DNA of 63,438 bases, the filler included, from Welwitschia mirabilis (lineage: Eukaryota), in NCBI GenBank assembly GCA_051453625.1. It is 4 parts of one record of this genome, joined end to end, with 100 filler letters (N's around TTAATTAATTAA, not from the genome) between each part and the next. Parts side by side here need not be neighbours in the genome. Positions count along the whole stretch, not along the records: positions 1 to 26,448 come from JBOZIK010000001.1; 3 more parts are not named here. One strand, written 5' to 3'. The notes under the pieces are model-generated. The model ran no database searches. It was not told the origin of the DNA and worked only from the letters and a program-made list of their open reading frames with translations. Below are positions 1 through 13,649 of this stretch, piece after piece. Numbering within the stretch: the first letter of the stretch is position 1; each line of letters begins with the position of its first letter. The position numbers and the translations under genes are program-made.

Positions 1-3000
1 TTCAATCCCACTTATACAAAATAGTTGTTGTCCTGATTGTTATAAGGACAACACTAGGAATGATGCCCTATAATAACAAATAAATAATCCACTTTTGGCT
101 CCATAATTAGCTCCAAAGTTGTCTATAAATGTGTTGTCATCTCTCGTGTTATGAAAATAATAGTGGGAATAACACCTCCTTAGAAAAGGGACTTTATTAA
201 CTCTATGCTTCAATCCACATTACTATTGAAATGTGCTAATATAATGCTATTGTCTCATCTATTATGAAAACAATAGAGGGGATGACACCCTTCCAAATCT
301 CTCTAGGTAAAAGTAAATTATCATTCTTCATCATTAATCTTTCTTTATATACTAAGTATCAAAACATGCCTAAAATACCTTCAAATATGCTAAGAATTAC
401 TTATTTACGTGATCATCCCATTGACTCTTCATAACCATTAGAATTGCATCCAAACTTATATAAATGTCTATGAAAGTACTCTAAATACATCAAATTCCCA
501 CAAATTGGCATCACAATATAGCCCCCTACTTAGCTTTGTCAGTCCCTGACAAAGTAAGTGATCAACTCTATTTCAAGCCAATTTGACTAAGATAATTAAT
601 GACTAGAAAAAAAGAATTTAAGTTTAATTTTATTATTTAGGAATTAAAATTAAAAATCCATTAACTGACATAACCACTAATGTATTCATACTCATCCTAC
701 TTAAACATATCACCATAAAATAAATGAATGTCATATACATACAAAAATAACAAAATGTAACAATGATAGCTTAGAAATAATAATGTGTATGCATAATATA
801 AGACATAATATAAAACTTAATTAGTAATAATCTCAAATAATGATGCATGAAAATTTCATTAATGTGTTCTACAAGGAGCAAGTACATGATTAAATATATC
901 ATTTATTCTTTAGGTGATCTAAAACATAGCTGCAAGAAAACTCTATAAGTGTGATACTGTGCTCTTGCTAAATAAGTTCATGAAATTTATTCAAGTAATA
1001 TGAAATAATATTCCAAAAAATCATATGAAAAATTATTCTTTCAAATTTAAATTTACTCTTAATATCTCACAAAAAAAGCTCAGAGAGATATCCTGCCCTC
1101 CCATAGGCAAAGTAAGACATCCTATATTACATAGAGTAAAAATAATAACTATCATCCTATTTTTTAGAGGGACAATAGACATGGAACAACAATGGTTAAA
1201 TGAGATGTTTGGATAGACTAGGAAAAATTCAAAAAAGTTTTAAAGCAATCAAGTAGTCAAAAAACAACAAAAAAATGAAAGGAAGGTAAAAAGTGGAGAA
1301 TTGTCCTGAAAAACCTAACCATGGGAAAAGAGACTTATGAGACCATAATAATACATTAAGTAATACTCAGAAGAACTTCTAAAATGTTTTTCAAATGCAA
1401 TGAGTAGCTAAGATTTTTATAAGTGGATTTATACAAAAGTAAAAGCAAAAGAAATGAAAAACATTAGCTTAAAACAAAAGAAACATAGTAATCAAAATGA
1501 AAGAAATGCATCAATTAAAACAACCATGAAAACTATGAGTAAAAATAAAAAGACAACTAAAAAACCACCAATGATCAAGTCCTAATTCTTACGTGGAAAA
1601 ATATATAGAAATGAATTTGAAAATTTCAAATAGAACAACTAAGAAAAACATAATAAAAATGAACAACTAGGAATATTAAGAATATTGTTGACCTATCCAA
1701 TTTTTGCCCTAGCAAAGTCCCTTGAGAGAAATCATAAAATCACCTAATAATGATGTGTCACATAATGTAAAAATTCATAAAGTTCCAATCAAATTTGTAA
1801 TGATTATTATAATGTCAAGTATGTCTAATGTTATCAAACAATGAATGATAAGATAAGAATCTATTAAATAGGAACTTACAAGTTATCATCTTAAAACAAC
1901 ACTAGATTCCATAAATGTAAAGTGATCATGTGAAAGTACTATAAACAAGTAAATAAAATGATTTTAGAAAATTAGAAATGCCTTTGATAATAGCAAGAAC
2001 ATCACTGATCTCATAGCCTCTAAGTACAAATTTATTCTACCATGATGAGGGGAGTGCAACCACTATTAGAGGAGTAAGGATCCATATAGCATGGCCAATT
2101 GACTTCTTAGTAAGATTTCCATAGCTACCATATCATACTACCAAAGGCTCTCTTAAGAATATTTGCCTAGTGCTCTTATGATGGGACATCATAGGGGCCA
2201 TGTTATTAGATATAATCATGAAAGAGCATGACCTATATTTTGTTTCTTGATTTTTTTTTATACATAAATTCCACATGACTAAATACTCATAAGGATAAAA
2301 GTGAAGTGACAAGATAAATAATAAGGAAGAACATGCTAAAACAACTAATTATCCACACCATTGAAAGAAAATAAAATAATTAAGACATCTTCCTTTAAAA
2401 TGAAGTTCATAGACATATGAATGTCTAAAGATTGAATGAAGTCAATCTTATCATTTGAAGTACTCAAGTAAAATATTTACTAATTATGGTAACTTCATAA
2501 AGTAAAACATTAGTGAAGTTAAAGATGTTTAGGTGATAGCATGACATTTACCAAAAGAATCCACTAAAGAATAATTTAAATAATGATAAGAAAAAAAAAA
2601 TATAAAGACAAGTGCTCTTATCATTTAAGGTTAATCAATAAATATTTTAATGATTATTAACCTTTTATTCATTAACTTCTGAATTCCCTAAGTGTTTAAG
2701 TTGGACATTCCAATAGAGTCATTTAAAATGTACTACATTCTAATAGAGTCATTTAAAATGTACTTTGTCTAAAAGATAAGAATCTAATCATTAAGAAGTT
2801 TAACTAATTGTATAAAAAATGCAGTCAGGTAGTGTATTTTTTTAAAAAATAAGGGATAAACTAAATAAAAATCAATTGATAAAACATAAAATTTATGCAA
2901 TCATTTTGAAGTAAAATCAATTAGAGATAAAAAAACTAAAATAATAAAACATTGATAGCACAATTTTAAAAGTTGAAATAAGAGATAAAGAAGTGATAAA

Positions 3001-3449
3001 TTTCATTGCCAAATAATCTCTTATGAAGATAGTTAAAGCATGAGTATTATTATATAATTCATTCAATATACAACTCAAAGAATAGATCCAAAAAATATTT
3101 AAAGGCCTTTGAGAATGTTTAATGAGATTGAGAATCTCTTGAAGATTTAACTTTAAGCATGGATTATTATCAAGAAGATAAGACTTACCACAATGTAAAA
3201 TTCCAATATATTCCAAGTCAAACTTTTGAAAAGAATAACCATTAAAAGCATAAGGTATAGTAGATTCCGTAGAAAAGGAATGAATGTTACTTTGAGAATC
3301 ACATGAAGGTTTAAAAGGAAGAAATTAAGAGATAAGAAAAATAGAATCTTTAAAGTTATGGATGTTATAAGAGTCACAGAAAAGAACATGTCCTTGAAAT
3401 TTGCATAAAGGTGTAATTAGAAGAGATAGAAAAATATTATCATTATCAA

Positions 3450-4570
3450 GATTATGAGGTAATGTGAAGGTGGAAATAGAAATGAAAAGAGGAGAGATAA
3501 GGATGTAATTTGAAATTGTACATGAAGGAATATATGGGGACAATGTAGAGATATGGATAAAATAAACAAGTTTATTCTCTATGAAGTTTGAATAAATCTC
3601 TATGGGTCCCTCATTAATTTCAATTTATTCAATAGTATTCATATCATTATGTGGTTGGATTGTTTCTATACTTTCCTCATCATTGTTTGTGACTATATCT
3701 TCCTTCTATTTTTGAATATTACTTTCATTCACTAAATCATTGAATTCATCAAAAAGATTCTCAAAAGAAATAAGAGCATTGTCTTTATCATTGATTGAAA
3801 GGTTTTTAGTTTTTTCATCATTGGATTCCTCATCTTGACATCTAACATTAAATGAATGAAAAATATATAATCTAATATCTTAATATCATAATTTTATGAG
3901 TGGTTATTTTCATTTCAATTATTTAAATATTGAGTTGTATTATTATCATCTCCCTTTGACTTATTCCTGATGAGTAGGATGTTGAAGTTTGATTCATAAT
4001 TGAATCTTTAAGTTGAAAGAAAGAATCATCATCATTAGTGGTTTCTAAGTTTTCTTCATTTTCCTAAAGATAGGATGAAGTAGAATATTTATGAGGATGT
4101 TGTGTTGTAAAAGATTCTTAAATATGTAATAGTAATTATTGCAAGTTTTTAAGTAATTTTTCCAAGTTTTTATTGATGTTTTCTTGGTTTTTCTTCATTT
4201 CATCAATCATTCCTCTTAATGGATCTTCTTCTTCCTCATAGTAGTTGATGGAAGATTGTTCTTCTTGATAATAATGCATGGAAGATGATTGGGATTGATA
4301 AAAATGATTGTAAAAAGTTTGTCTAAATGAGGTGGAATCCCTAAAATATGGAGAATCTTCATTATCATGTGTATAAGTAGGTTGAAAAGAAGAAGGGGCT
4401 TAATTCCTATACTCAACATGATTTTGTGATGGTCTCGCTATTTTGGCAAAGATTTCTCAAAGTGTTTTCTTACCATTATTCTCATTATTTTGCAAGTTTC
4501 TTATCCTTTTAGAAAGAAGTTCTGTAACAGTCCTTCTATTACTATTCATTAAAGAAAATGAGAAGAATGA
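3450..4570 (-). pseudogene. Decayed gag-like ORF of family A (boundaries approximate)
   Basis: Stop- and frameshift-ridden frame downstream of the PBS/leader, homologous to 21820-22940. The listed ORFs 4216-4419, 22184-22420, 22567-22908 and 22646-22828 are fragments or alternative frames of it. The gag identity is inferred from position only. Confidence 0.45.
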
Positions 4571-5340
4571 AACAAGAAAATTTTAATTCAAGATGGTAAG
4601 GAAAATAAGTAGAATGAAGATCAAGTTTCCATCTCTTTGAAGTTTTATTATTTGAAATTTCTATTTATTAACACTCAAAAGATGTGAAATCATTTATTGC
4701 AAATTAACTATAAAGAGAAAAGAAAATATAATTCTAAAATAGAAAAATAAAATCCCAAAATTTAAGTACTTATGTTCTGTGTACCTAAATTTTTGTTTTG
4801 AAGTTAAATAATTCTTTTTCTAATATTTCTGTTAATTAAGTTTCTCACCAGGTGATATTTTATCTTTTAATCAGAATTCTTTGTATTCTTACATGAATAA
4901 ATGGTAAATAAAAATCAGAATTAAATACAATAGACCATTATTCACTTGGTTATGATGACAATAAGGGGGAACAACGATCATGAAAAAATTAAACTCTAAA
5001 AACTTTAGAAAGAAAAGATTACTAGAACTAGGATTATCATCCAGCCTATCATGTGAATAAAAGATAGGATCACAGTACATTTATTATTAAACTATGAGTA
5101 GAAGAAAAATTGCAGAAATAGAAAACCAATTTAAAATTATAAATCTATCATGCCTTATATCATTGGGACGATAAAGAGAATGATAGTCTCCCTTAAAAAT
5201 TATGGAAAATAAAATTTTATAGTAACAAATCCACCTTAAAATACAGTATAAATATAGCATTAATTCAAATAAATAACATGAACAAAAAGATTCAAGGTAC
5301 TTATCAGGTTAATGACAATCCTCCTAACGCCTTACATCCA

Positions 5341-5358
5341 TCCCCAACAATAGTGTCA
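5341..5358 (-). promoter_or_regulatory. Primer binding site, tRNA-Asp type (decayed TGGCGCCGTTGCCGGGGA)
   Basis: The minus strand reads TGACACTATTGTTGGGGA, 3 nt from the LTR end. All 6 mismatches to the Athila-type PBS are C>T or G>A. Confidence 0.85.
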
Positions 5359-7107
5359 AAATGTTATGGTATGAAATTAAGCAATTTTGAAGTCCTTTAG
5401 ATAAACCTATAAATCATATAACATATAGAAACACATGCTAATATAGATGGGAGTTCATCCAAATGCTATAATCCATCAAAGACACTAAGCTTAGAGTTAG
5501 AGAATTGATTTTCTAAAAGTATTTTTAGTCTTTTATCTTATAAAAAAAGAAGGAAATAAATGAGTAAATATAATGTAGGATGAATGAATATAAAATGTAA
5601 TGAATGGAAATGAAATGCATTCTGCTTAGATCCTAGTTATTTTCTGATAGGGACTACCTTCTCTATAACTTATATCAATTAAAAAGAGTATCTACTAGTT
5701 CTTAATCAACATAGACTATGAGATCAATCTAAGTAATATAAGAAATTCAATATGAAATAAAATGGAAATGCAATGCAAATTTAATATTAATCAAGGTCAA
5801 CCTTAACAAAGGTTGCCCTTATGATCTAAATAAATGACAGATTGTTACTTAACTATGATCAACTTAAATCATATGCAACATTCATAGCATTATAATTAAA
5901 AGAAGGAATTGTATTAACTTCAAAGAGTATCCAAGAATATTACATCCACTTACAATTATAATAACAACACCTCAATGGAAAAGACTCAGCGTAATACCAA
6001 GAAGACTTATTTTTGAAGTGTTAGATGGAGCTCTTGTCCTTCAATCCTCTATCATAAATATCAGGTATAAAAGATGATTTAGAAGTAAAGTAGAAAAGGG
6101 TATTTATAGTTTTAAATTAAAAGTTCTATAATTATAGTTCTAAACATTGGTGAAGAAAGCCCTAGCAACCCACATGGATTGCTTGATCCCATTTATAAAA
6201 ATATTTATTTTAGAACATGCAAAAATAGTTATCATCCAACTTGTCATCCGAATGACATAGGAGATGACGTCAACTATTTCCATGTGTTCCATGTGCTGCT
6301 GTCAGCCCCGTAGCTTTTGTCCATATGAGGGTCATTGTCCTGCATATCATGAGGACAACATAGGGGATGACACCCTATGCCATTTTGATTCATCATATGC
6401 TGCATATGCTATGCTGCATGTGCTGCATCTTGATAAGGAGGAGTGTTGTCGTCCTGACTATCATGGAAATCATATTAGGGACAACACCTTTCCCAAGCTT
6501 CTCAAGAAGAGTAAATCAGCCTTCTTTGCCATTAGTCTTCCTTCAATATGCTAAGTATTAGATCATGCCAAAAATACCCCAAATATGCCAAGAATTATGT
6601 GCTTCTATTATCATCCTACTGTCTCTTCATAATTAGTAGAATCACACTTAAACCTATACAAATATCCTGCAAAAGTACTCTGAATGCACCATCATTTTTT
6701 TATAAGTTGACACCGCAATACATATAAAGGTTATTGCTATATTTTCTAAATTTTAATAATAGATAAAAAATTTAGTAATTTTATTTCTTTAAAAAACTAA
6801 ACCTAATAAGTCATTTTGTGTTGCTTTTAGATGTGCCTAAACTCATAAAAGATAAAATATATAGGTATGAATTCATCAAAGATGGACTTCTTTAATAAAA
6901 TTTTATAATCTAATACTTTAAAACAAGGGATAAATTGATCTTTAATAGATTAAAGTACATCAAAATTTATGTTTAATTAAAAAAAAAACCCTAACCATAG
7001 TTTAAGGACAAAAAATTTCTAACTAAGATTAGTTTAAATCTTGTTAGATCTTAGCATACTATTCATCATCCTCTTTTTTATTTTAAATTTTTTAATGCAT
7101 AACTCAC

Positions 7108-10100
7108 TAATGAGGATAAATTTTAATGTAAATCTCACTTATTAATAATGTGTTTTCATTATCTTTTTTTTTTTTTACAAATGAAAGTTAGAGGAATTTC
7201 ATTATTGAAGTATTAAAGTATAGACTCAAACAAAATACATAAGAAGTAAAATTACAAGGCTAAAAATAAACACTGATTACAGGGCTCTAGAGGCTAAAAC
7301 TTGCCAATTCAAGCTCAAAGATGCTAGTTAATCTAAACCAACATAAGTCTAACTAAAAAGCAACTCGAAAAATTAATTGAAAGCTCTTTAAGAGAAGCCA
7401 AAGGAGGCTCATTCCTCCATAGAACTACAAATCTATGAAAAGTCTTCACATAAAACATTCAGATAGAATTAATAGGTGGTAGGCATCGCATGGAGAAAGC
7501 TTAGTCTTTTATTAATGAAGATCCCACTTAAAAAAGAGATATGATGTGCTTATTTTATGGAACTTAGAGGGCTAGGAAACTAACTTTTAGACACTAAGTA
7601 AATAATAATAGGAGCTGGAAAACCAGCAAGCTAATAACTCCACATCCAAATTTCACAACATATAGAAAATCTAGATAAAACTATAGCTAAAAAAAATAGA
7701 AGATAAAGAACACTATAATTGTTGTAGAAGACTGCCCTCACTGTAAGCACTGATCAAAATTAAAAAAAGGGACATAGTCTGGGGGAGACTACCCAGAATC
7801 ATCACCATAGAGAGAAAAATTATTGATAAGGGATTCTGCTCAATAAATAAGATAACATACCCACTATTTGCTACTAAGCTCTTTTTTTCTAAGAATATTT
7901 TAGCTGTTGAATTAATATCAATTTGATAGATAGTTAAAACTTAATATCTTTGATAATCTAGGTAGTTTGAAAATCTTTTTGTTTGAAAATTTTATCATTT
8001 ATTGGTTTCCACACATGATAAATACAAGATGAGATAAGAAATTTTGTGATACCATGCAAGGTGGCCCTTGACCCAAATTTCTAATTTATCTAAATAAGAA
8101 CATCCTTCTAAGAGTATGCTAGAGGATGAAGATTTATCAAGTTTAAAGCTATTCTAAGAAGGAGAGCATAGGGAAGGAACTCAAAAAAAAGGTAATTTCT
8201 AGATTCATTAGCCGATCCATAGAGAGCACATAATGAGTCAGCTTGGATCCCTATCTTAAGGATTCTATCTTTAGTAAATAGTCTATTATTACATGCTAGC
8301 CATACAATAAAAGAATATTTTTGAAGGGTAAAGCACTTTCATACTAAATCATGCTAGTCTACCTTTGGATCTTGACTGCTTAAGTGGTAATAGATTGAGG
8401 CTATAGAAAAATGGGTTTCTAAAGCTTTTAAAACTAGTGAGTCAGCAGAAATCAGCAAAAATCCTCCTAGAAGGGGTTTGAGTTTTAGAATATTTTTGAT
8501 GATTTAAGAGGTATCATGTTTAATCTAATACTGCCAAATATTTAAATCTTTAAAAAAGTATTCTTTACACAATTTAACCTAAAGTGTGTTTTTCTCGAGC
8601 GCTAAATCCTACAGCTGAGTNNNNNNNNNNNNNNNNNTCACCAGGATGAAATTAGTTAGACCTAAATCCCCTATATTTTTCAGTTTTATCAAACTTTGCC
8701 AAGTAATAGGAGATTTTTTGGAATGATGTGAATTCCCTATCCACAGAAATCTTTTACATAGAGAGTTAATTTCATGTAGAGTTTTGTTTGGGAGAATAAA
8801 GACCCTACACCAGAAGGAGGATAGAGAGTGTAGCACAACTTTAATCAAAACACATCTGCCTGCATATGATAAGAATTTTATAGTCTAAGATTTAATTTCC
8901 CCCTTACCCTAAGGATATGATTTTCATTATCTTAATTATGAATTTTAAATAATAATAGATGTTTTCTTTATTAATATACTTACTAATTAATAGGTTAGTT
9001 GGTTAGTATGTTAGTAGGTTAGTATATGTATTTTATTATTATGTTTTAGGTACAAGATGTCATTTGGCATGGAGATAAAAGAGAAGGTTTATGTAATAGG
9101 AAAGTATTAATACCCCAAGCATATACCTATTCCTAAGCAGCAAAGAAGGAAAACAAAAAAATAAATAGGAATATAAGATTTAAACAATACCAAAGGTGGG
9201 GATCTTTCTAGCAAAATGTTCTAAGAATAGACTAAGCAAGAAGGTCAGAAAAGTAAGCTTTAGCTATTTTGAAAAGNNNNNNNNNNNNNNNNNNNNNNNN
9301 NNNNNNNNNNNNNNNNNNNNNNNNNNNNNNNNNNNNNNNNNNNNNNNNNNNNNNNNNNNNNNNNNNNNNNNNNNNNTCAGATTAATGGCAAGAAAGCTTC
9401 ACGCAAAAGTTTCAAGGCAAACTCCAACAATTAGTAATAGAGCTTATAGAAAAGGGACTATGGTATCAAAAAGAAAAATATCAAAGAGATCTTTTAGTAA
9501 AAAGGTTAGTCAGAACAATGAGTTTGATGTCCTTTATCACTCTCATCAAACCCTTTTTTTTTTTTGAAAAAAGTAACTATACTTGTTATGGCACTCTTAG
9601 GAGTCTATAGAAGAAATAATCTGAGCTAAGTTTGAAGTAAAAAGATTGTGTTAAAGAGCTAAATAGAGTATCTGAGGACATGGATCTCTACTCTAGTCAA
9701 ATGCAAATGAAACTTTCTAGGAAGCAGATTAATAAAGAGTTGAAGGGAGTTTTTGGTAGGAGAAAATCTCCTAAGAAATGAAGAGATAAAAGAAATCAAA
9801 GTAAATGGGTTAGATTTTCAGAAGGAATCTACTCAATGAGGAGTTCTTGTACAGAAATTCATGAACTTTGTGCAAGAAATTCATGGTCTATAGAATATAA
9901 AGTGATCAATGTAAGTAAGGAGAACCATGTTCTCATTTATGTAATTGTGGGATATAAAGTGCTGATTTTTAGTTTAAAAAGCAAGGACAGTTGCAAAGCA
10001 CTAAAATTGCAACATAATAATCTGCAACTCCTACTTTACTAAGCTTTTTATACTATGAATGTGCTAAGTGTGATTTATCCTTTAAGAATTCGATGTTTTA

Positions 10101-10600
10101 AGCATCTATAACCTAATTCTCTATTTCTATTTTTTGTATATATCTATTTATTAATAAACTAGAAAAACCTTAAGCTTGGAGGAATTGACGAGGATAAATT
10201 TTAATGTAAATTGTGCTTGTTAATGAAGTGTTTTCATTATCTTAATTATGCATTTTTAATAACAATAAATGTTTTCCTTTATCAATATACTTATTAATCC
10301 ATAGGTTAGTTAATTAGTATGTTAGTAGGTTAGTGTATATATTTTATTATTGCATTTTAGGTATAAGATGTCATGTGGCATGAAGATGAAAGAGAAGATT
10401 AAGATGACAAAGAAGTAATAACAAACCCTGACCATATACCTATTCCTAAGGAGTAAAGTATGAAAATAAAAAAAACAAACAAGGGTATAAGAATAGGATT
10501 ACCACCAATGGTGGGGATCTTTTTACAAAATCTTCTAGAAATAGACAAAGCAAGAAGGTTAAAAAAGGGAGCTCCAGCTTTTCTACAAAGGGCATAGCAG
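7108..10600 (+). mobile_element. Decayed Athila-like LTR element, family B (LTR from 7108 interrupted by a LINE; 100-N gap; 3' internal remnant; PPT; second LTR from 10186, end approximate)
   Basis: 7108-7165 plus 8934-9260 aligns with 10186-~10570. TAAGCTTGGAGGAAT (PPT) directly precedes TGACGAGG at 10186. 9700-9900 has weak integrase-like residues. Confidence 0.7.
7166..8920 (-). mobile_element. 5'-truncated L1-clade LINE with poly(A) tail and 13-bp TSD
   Basis: The minus strand gives the ORF2 C-terminus (GRCVLIKVVLHSLSSFWCRVFILP...CKRFLW...ITWQSL...GDLGL) and a zf-RVT region (FIVWLACNNRLFTKDRI...SLCALY...ESRNYLFF). T-run at 7164-7176. TSD TTTTCATTATCTT at 7153-7165 and 8921-8933. The empty site is visible in the sister LTR at ~10241. 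Confidence 0.92.
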
Positions 10601-11559
10601 CATTTTTCATACTCCAAAGTGTTACTTGCAAAGGAGAACATAAGCTTTAGTGCATCTTTATGTAACAATTGGTATTTTAATATAAAGTTGAAAAGCATAT
10701 TTAATTATTACTATGTGCATATTCTATAACTTAAAAAGATAATATTATTTCTATTTGCTCCTATTTGTTTAGCTAAACATAAATTAGGATAATTAATAGT
10801 ACCTAGAAATAAGTATTATCTAGTAACTCATTGAAATTTTATCATGCTTTATTACTTTCTCCATTTCCATCTAGTATAATGTATGTACATAGTCACTTAG
10901 TAGTAATAAACCAACCTCATAAGACTACCATGATGATGCATTTTGAATTAAATGGTTGAATCTTAACTATTTCTTTAGTAAGCCTTTAGTTATTTTTATT
11001 TAATGGTGTGAGCATTTTTTAGGTTAATAGTAGTATATTTTCTACATTTTTCTAGTATTATTTTATATTTTTTAATATTATTTTCTTATAGTTCTATACT
11101 TATTTCACCATATAAGCACCCATCATTTTTGCACTAAAAGAAGGGTCGTTGTAAAGTCAACTAATGAAGATGATGAAAACTATGATCCAATAAGATAGTC
11201 AATAAAATGATAGGATAAAAAAGGCAAGTATATTAGAGACCTGCATAAATATGATCTAGATGAGCAAACTTAAAATAATGTTAAAATAGAGGCAAAAGAA
11301 GAAGATTTTGTAGAGGATGAATTCACTCTTACAAAGTGGTAAAGAAATAGATCTTTCTAGAATTGATGAATGAATTTAAGCAATGATTATTTAACATTAT
11401 TACATCAGCTCATTCATAAGTAGAATATTCTCAAATGGTTCAAATAAAAAGGCTTAAAAAGAAAGTTGTAACAGGATGCTATCAGTAAGATGATGGAGAT
11501 TCAAGATCATTAAATCATGATACCCATTGATTATAAGATTTAAGTACTATTAATTCTAT

Positions 11560-12150
11560 AACCTTATAAAAAAATAGATAAAGTAAAAAATATAAATACT
11601 ATCATGATACCAACTTTTAAAGGTAAAAAATCAAAAGAACCCCTATTACATATGAGCTTCTTTCATGACTTTTGTAAAGCCAACTATCTTGACTTAGAAT
11701 CAGAGTTTCATAGATATTTTCCTTTTTTTCTAAAAGGAGACACTTAACTATGGTATTATAAAAATCCTAATGGTTCTTTTAGTTTATGAAGAACTCTTAA
11801 AATTTCTTTCCTAGCTAAATTTTAATCCACATAGATGGTTGAAGATCTGAGAAAACAAATCTTAAACATTAAACAAATACATAATAAAAGATTTAATGAG
11901 TACATGAACAAGTATAAAATATTATTAGCTAAAAGTTCTAATCATGGAATCACATTTAGAGTATGTATTAGAGCCTTAATTAAAGGACTATAAAGTCAAA
12001 CGTTCAAAGAATTATATTGTTATGGAGAGGAAGCATTAAGACAAAGAATGTCCAAGAAGTAAGAAAAGCCATTACTTAGTTTTATAAAATGAGTTAAGGA
12101 TAGGGACAGAAAAATAAAAAGAAGAATAAGGTAAATAAATTATGTATTCT
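11560..12150 (+). pseudogene. Decayed Ty3/gypsy (Athila-like) retrotransposon gag domain
   Basis: Translation IPTFKGKKSKEPLLHMSFFHDFC...YFPFFLKGDT*LWY...SFLAKF...LRKQILNIKQ...FNEYMNKYKILL...NHG follows the Retrotrans_gag pattern, with many stops. Confidence 0.75.
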
Positions 12151-12582
12151 ATAAGTATATGGTGGTGTGTATAACTTAAAACATACTAGTCTTATGCAAA
12201 AAGTAGCTAAAAAAGGAACTAATGGTATGGTAGAAAACTTTTATCTGTTAGTAATATAACACTTTAAGCAGGAAGAAGGACCTACATATTAACACTTTGA
12301 AGAAGATAATCATGATGGAATAGAATGTCTTTAGACTCAAGAATCTATTGACTAGATATAAATAGATTAGATTTAAATTCCAAAAATAAATCTCAAACTA
12401 AGAAAAAACAATATCCTTACCAAAGTAAAAAATGGAAAGGTAAATTAAAAAGGCCTTTACAAATGTATGTAAATTCAAAAAGGTAAGAACAATATGATTA
12501 CTATAGAAATTAGAAAAATAAATATTTAAAGATCTAAAGAGAAAAATTAGAAATAGAGGGAAATAAACAAAAAATATTAGCT

Positions 12583-13555
12583 TATTACAATGTGTATTTG
12601 TGTAAATGTTTATACTTAAAATGATCCTATCATTCATAATAAAATAGATATATTACACAAAACAACATACTAATATAGTTGGGAGTGAACTTGAATGTGA
12701 TATCTTATTAAAGACTTATGAGAGAATAATAAGGATTGATTTTCAATAAAGTAAACTAACCAAAATTAAAGAATAATGTAATAAATAAAATATGTAATGC
12801 AAAGGTAAACTGCAACTAACTAAATGTAATGCAAAATGAAAGTAAACTAATTTCTTTTAGTCTTAACAAAGGATACTCTTAAGATCTATATCACTAATGA
12901 AATTATCACTAGATTAAAGATAATATAAATCATAAGTTAATCTAACAAATATAAATGCAATAATGAAAATATATTTTTTATTAAAAGAAATCAAAAATTT
13001 AGATTACAAAATAGCTAGACATCAATGGAAAATGCAGATCCTTTACTAAGGAAACATCTTTCTATGACTCTTGAGATGAATCTTCCACCAAGAAGAAAAC
13101 AAGAATTCATATAGAAAAAGGACCAATAAGGAAGAAAGAAAGAATAGAATCATACCCATATCAGATCATGATATTTGAGTACTTCAAAGATATTCCAAGT
13201 TTCCAAAGCTCCTAGGCCTCCTAAGCTCAAATATTAAAAGGAAAATCTTTTTGAAAATTAAGCTATACTTGAGGGGGGAATAACTCTATTTATAATGAAA
13301 AAACATAGGTAAGATGAAAGCACTCAAGGATACAAAAGACCATATCATAAGCCAATGGTAAAGATGGAGGTTTCATAACATCTTATAAATGCTTGCCTGA
13401 CCATTTGATACTTTAATAATATAAAAAGAATGCTTTCTATACTATTATATTTAATCATAATAAAGATTAAAAATAAATAATAATTCTTCATAATTAACAT
13501 ATAATAATTCATGATTTCTAAGAAAAGCAAAAATAATAAGTGAATGAAATCATCA
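12583..13555 (-). mobile_element. Isolated (solo-like) LTR related to family C LTRs; boundaries approximate
   Basis: 12583-12700 is the reverse complement of the LTR 3' end at ~33361-33479. Ends ...AATCATCA at 13555. No matching TSD found. Confidence 0.6.
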
Positions 13556-13649
13556 CCACTACAAAAACATTTTTCAATATTTGTAAGAAGTATTTTAAGT
13601 AAGACAAAAGGAACTTAAAATATGACTTAATATAACAGCATCTCAGGAA

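Larger units (their letters stand above)
1..6720 (-). mobile_element. Non-autonomous Athila-like Ty3/gypsy LTR element, family A copy 1 (partial 3' LTR 1-518, internal 519-5361, 5' LTR 5362-6720)
   Basis: The LTR starts TGTTATGGT (5362) and ends CACCGCAATA (6720), a decayed TGTTGCGGTG...CACCGCAACA terminal inverted repeat. The same LTR end occurs at 518. PPT-side motif (minus strand GGGACTGACAAAGCTAAGTAGGGGGC) at ~521-546; PBS at 5341-5358. The internal region is homologous to 16817-23735. No RT/RH/IN motifs seen. Confidence 0.85.

Noticed and set aside
6264-6561. Cys/His-rich ORFs (also 16266-16544) resembling metal-binding peptides
   Set aside because: They lie in LTR repeat regions, where CpG decay to TG/CA creates Cys/His/Met codons, and the frames are not conserved among LTR copies.
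13557-13567. CACTACAAAAA, resembling a CACTA 5' terminus
   Set aside because: No sub-terminal repeats or matching TAGTG end nearby; it lies at a junction of retroelement remnants.
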